From the human T2T-CHM13v2.0 reference genome, Homo sapiens: a DNA stretch of 64,000 nucleotides. The stretch is taken from the NCBI RefSeq assembly GCF_009914755.1, contig NC_060942.1. One strand, given 5' to 3'. This document shows, piece by piece, positions 63,524 through 64,000 of this stretch. Under the pieces are notes generated by a model. That model saw only the letters and a program-made list of their open reading frames with translations. It made no database searches and was not told where the DNA came from. The position numbers and the translations under genes were made by a program. The stretch's first letter is position 1, and each line of letters begins with the position of its first letter.

Positions 63524-63561
63524 GCATTGGTAGTATAGTAGTAAGAAGAGCTGCCTTTCAA
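63524..63561 (+). pseudogene. tRNA-Gly(TCC) 5'-half retropseudogene
   Basis: gcattggtagtatagtagtaagaagagctgcctttcaa versus recalled GCGTTGGTGGTATAGTGGTGAGCATAGCTGCCTTCCAA (31/38), flanked by aaaatact(c/t)tttt direct repeats. Confidence 0.8.
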
Positions 63562-63612
63562 AATACTTTTTTTCTGTATGAAAAGGCCTGGGAAGTCAAT
63601 GAAAACTACTGA

Positions 63613-63922
<310 letters not shown>

Positions 63923-64000
63923 AATACAGATATTTTTGATACATGTGTGATATACACTATGGCATAACTCCATAGTATTGCGGTATCACTAAATATATAC

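Overview
AT-rich primate genomic DNA. AluY, LTR30-like, MER41B-like and THE1 elements point to a simian, probably catarrhine or human, genome. It looks intergenic or deep intronic and is dominated by fossil transposable elements. I could not support any host protein-coding exon: the listed ORFs are repeat-derived (L1, Alu, ERV, Tigger, MaLR) or low-complexity noise. The main landmarks are a ~950-bp TA-rich repeat seeded inside a MER44 end (1080-2030), a near full-length L1MC1-like LINE (3390-9900), and a ~23-kb nested stack (13650-36500). In that stack an ancient L1ME hosts a full-length L1PA15/16-like element (carrying AluSp, an LTR30-like solo LTR and THE1), a complete Tigger2 (carrying a pol-less MER66-type provirus, itself carrying a 5'-inverted L1PA), MLT2/THE1, MER20 and Alu. 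Further right are a MER41B-like LTR with one intact GAS motif and a second L1MC-like 5' half. I found no new multi-gene biological system. The most unusual signals are small: locally templated insertions and micro-inversions, a retrocopied LTR poly(A) end, a tRNA-Gly half retropseudogene, and atypical Alus. Subfamily names come from my recall of consensus sequences, not from a database search, and boundaries of old elements are approximate.
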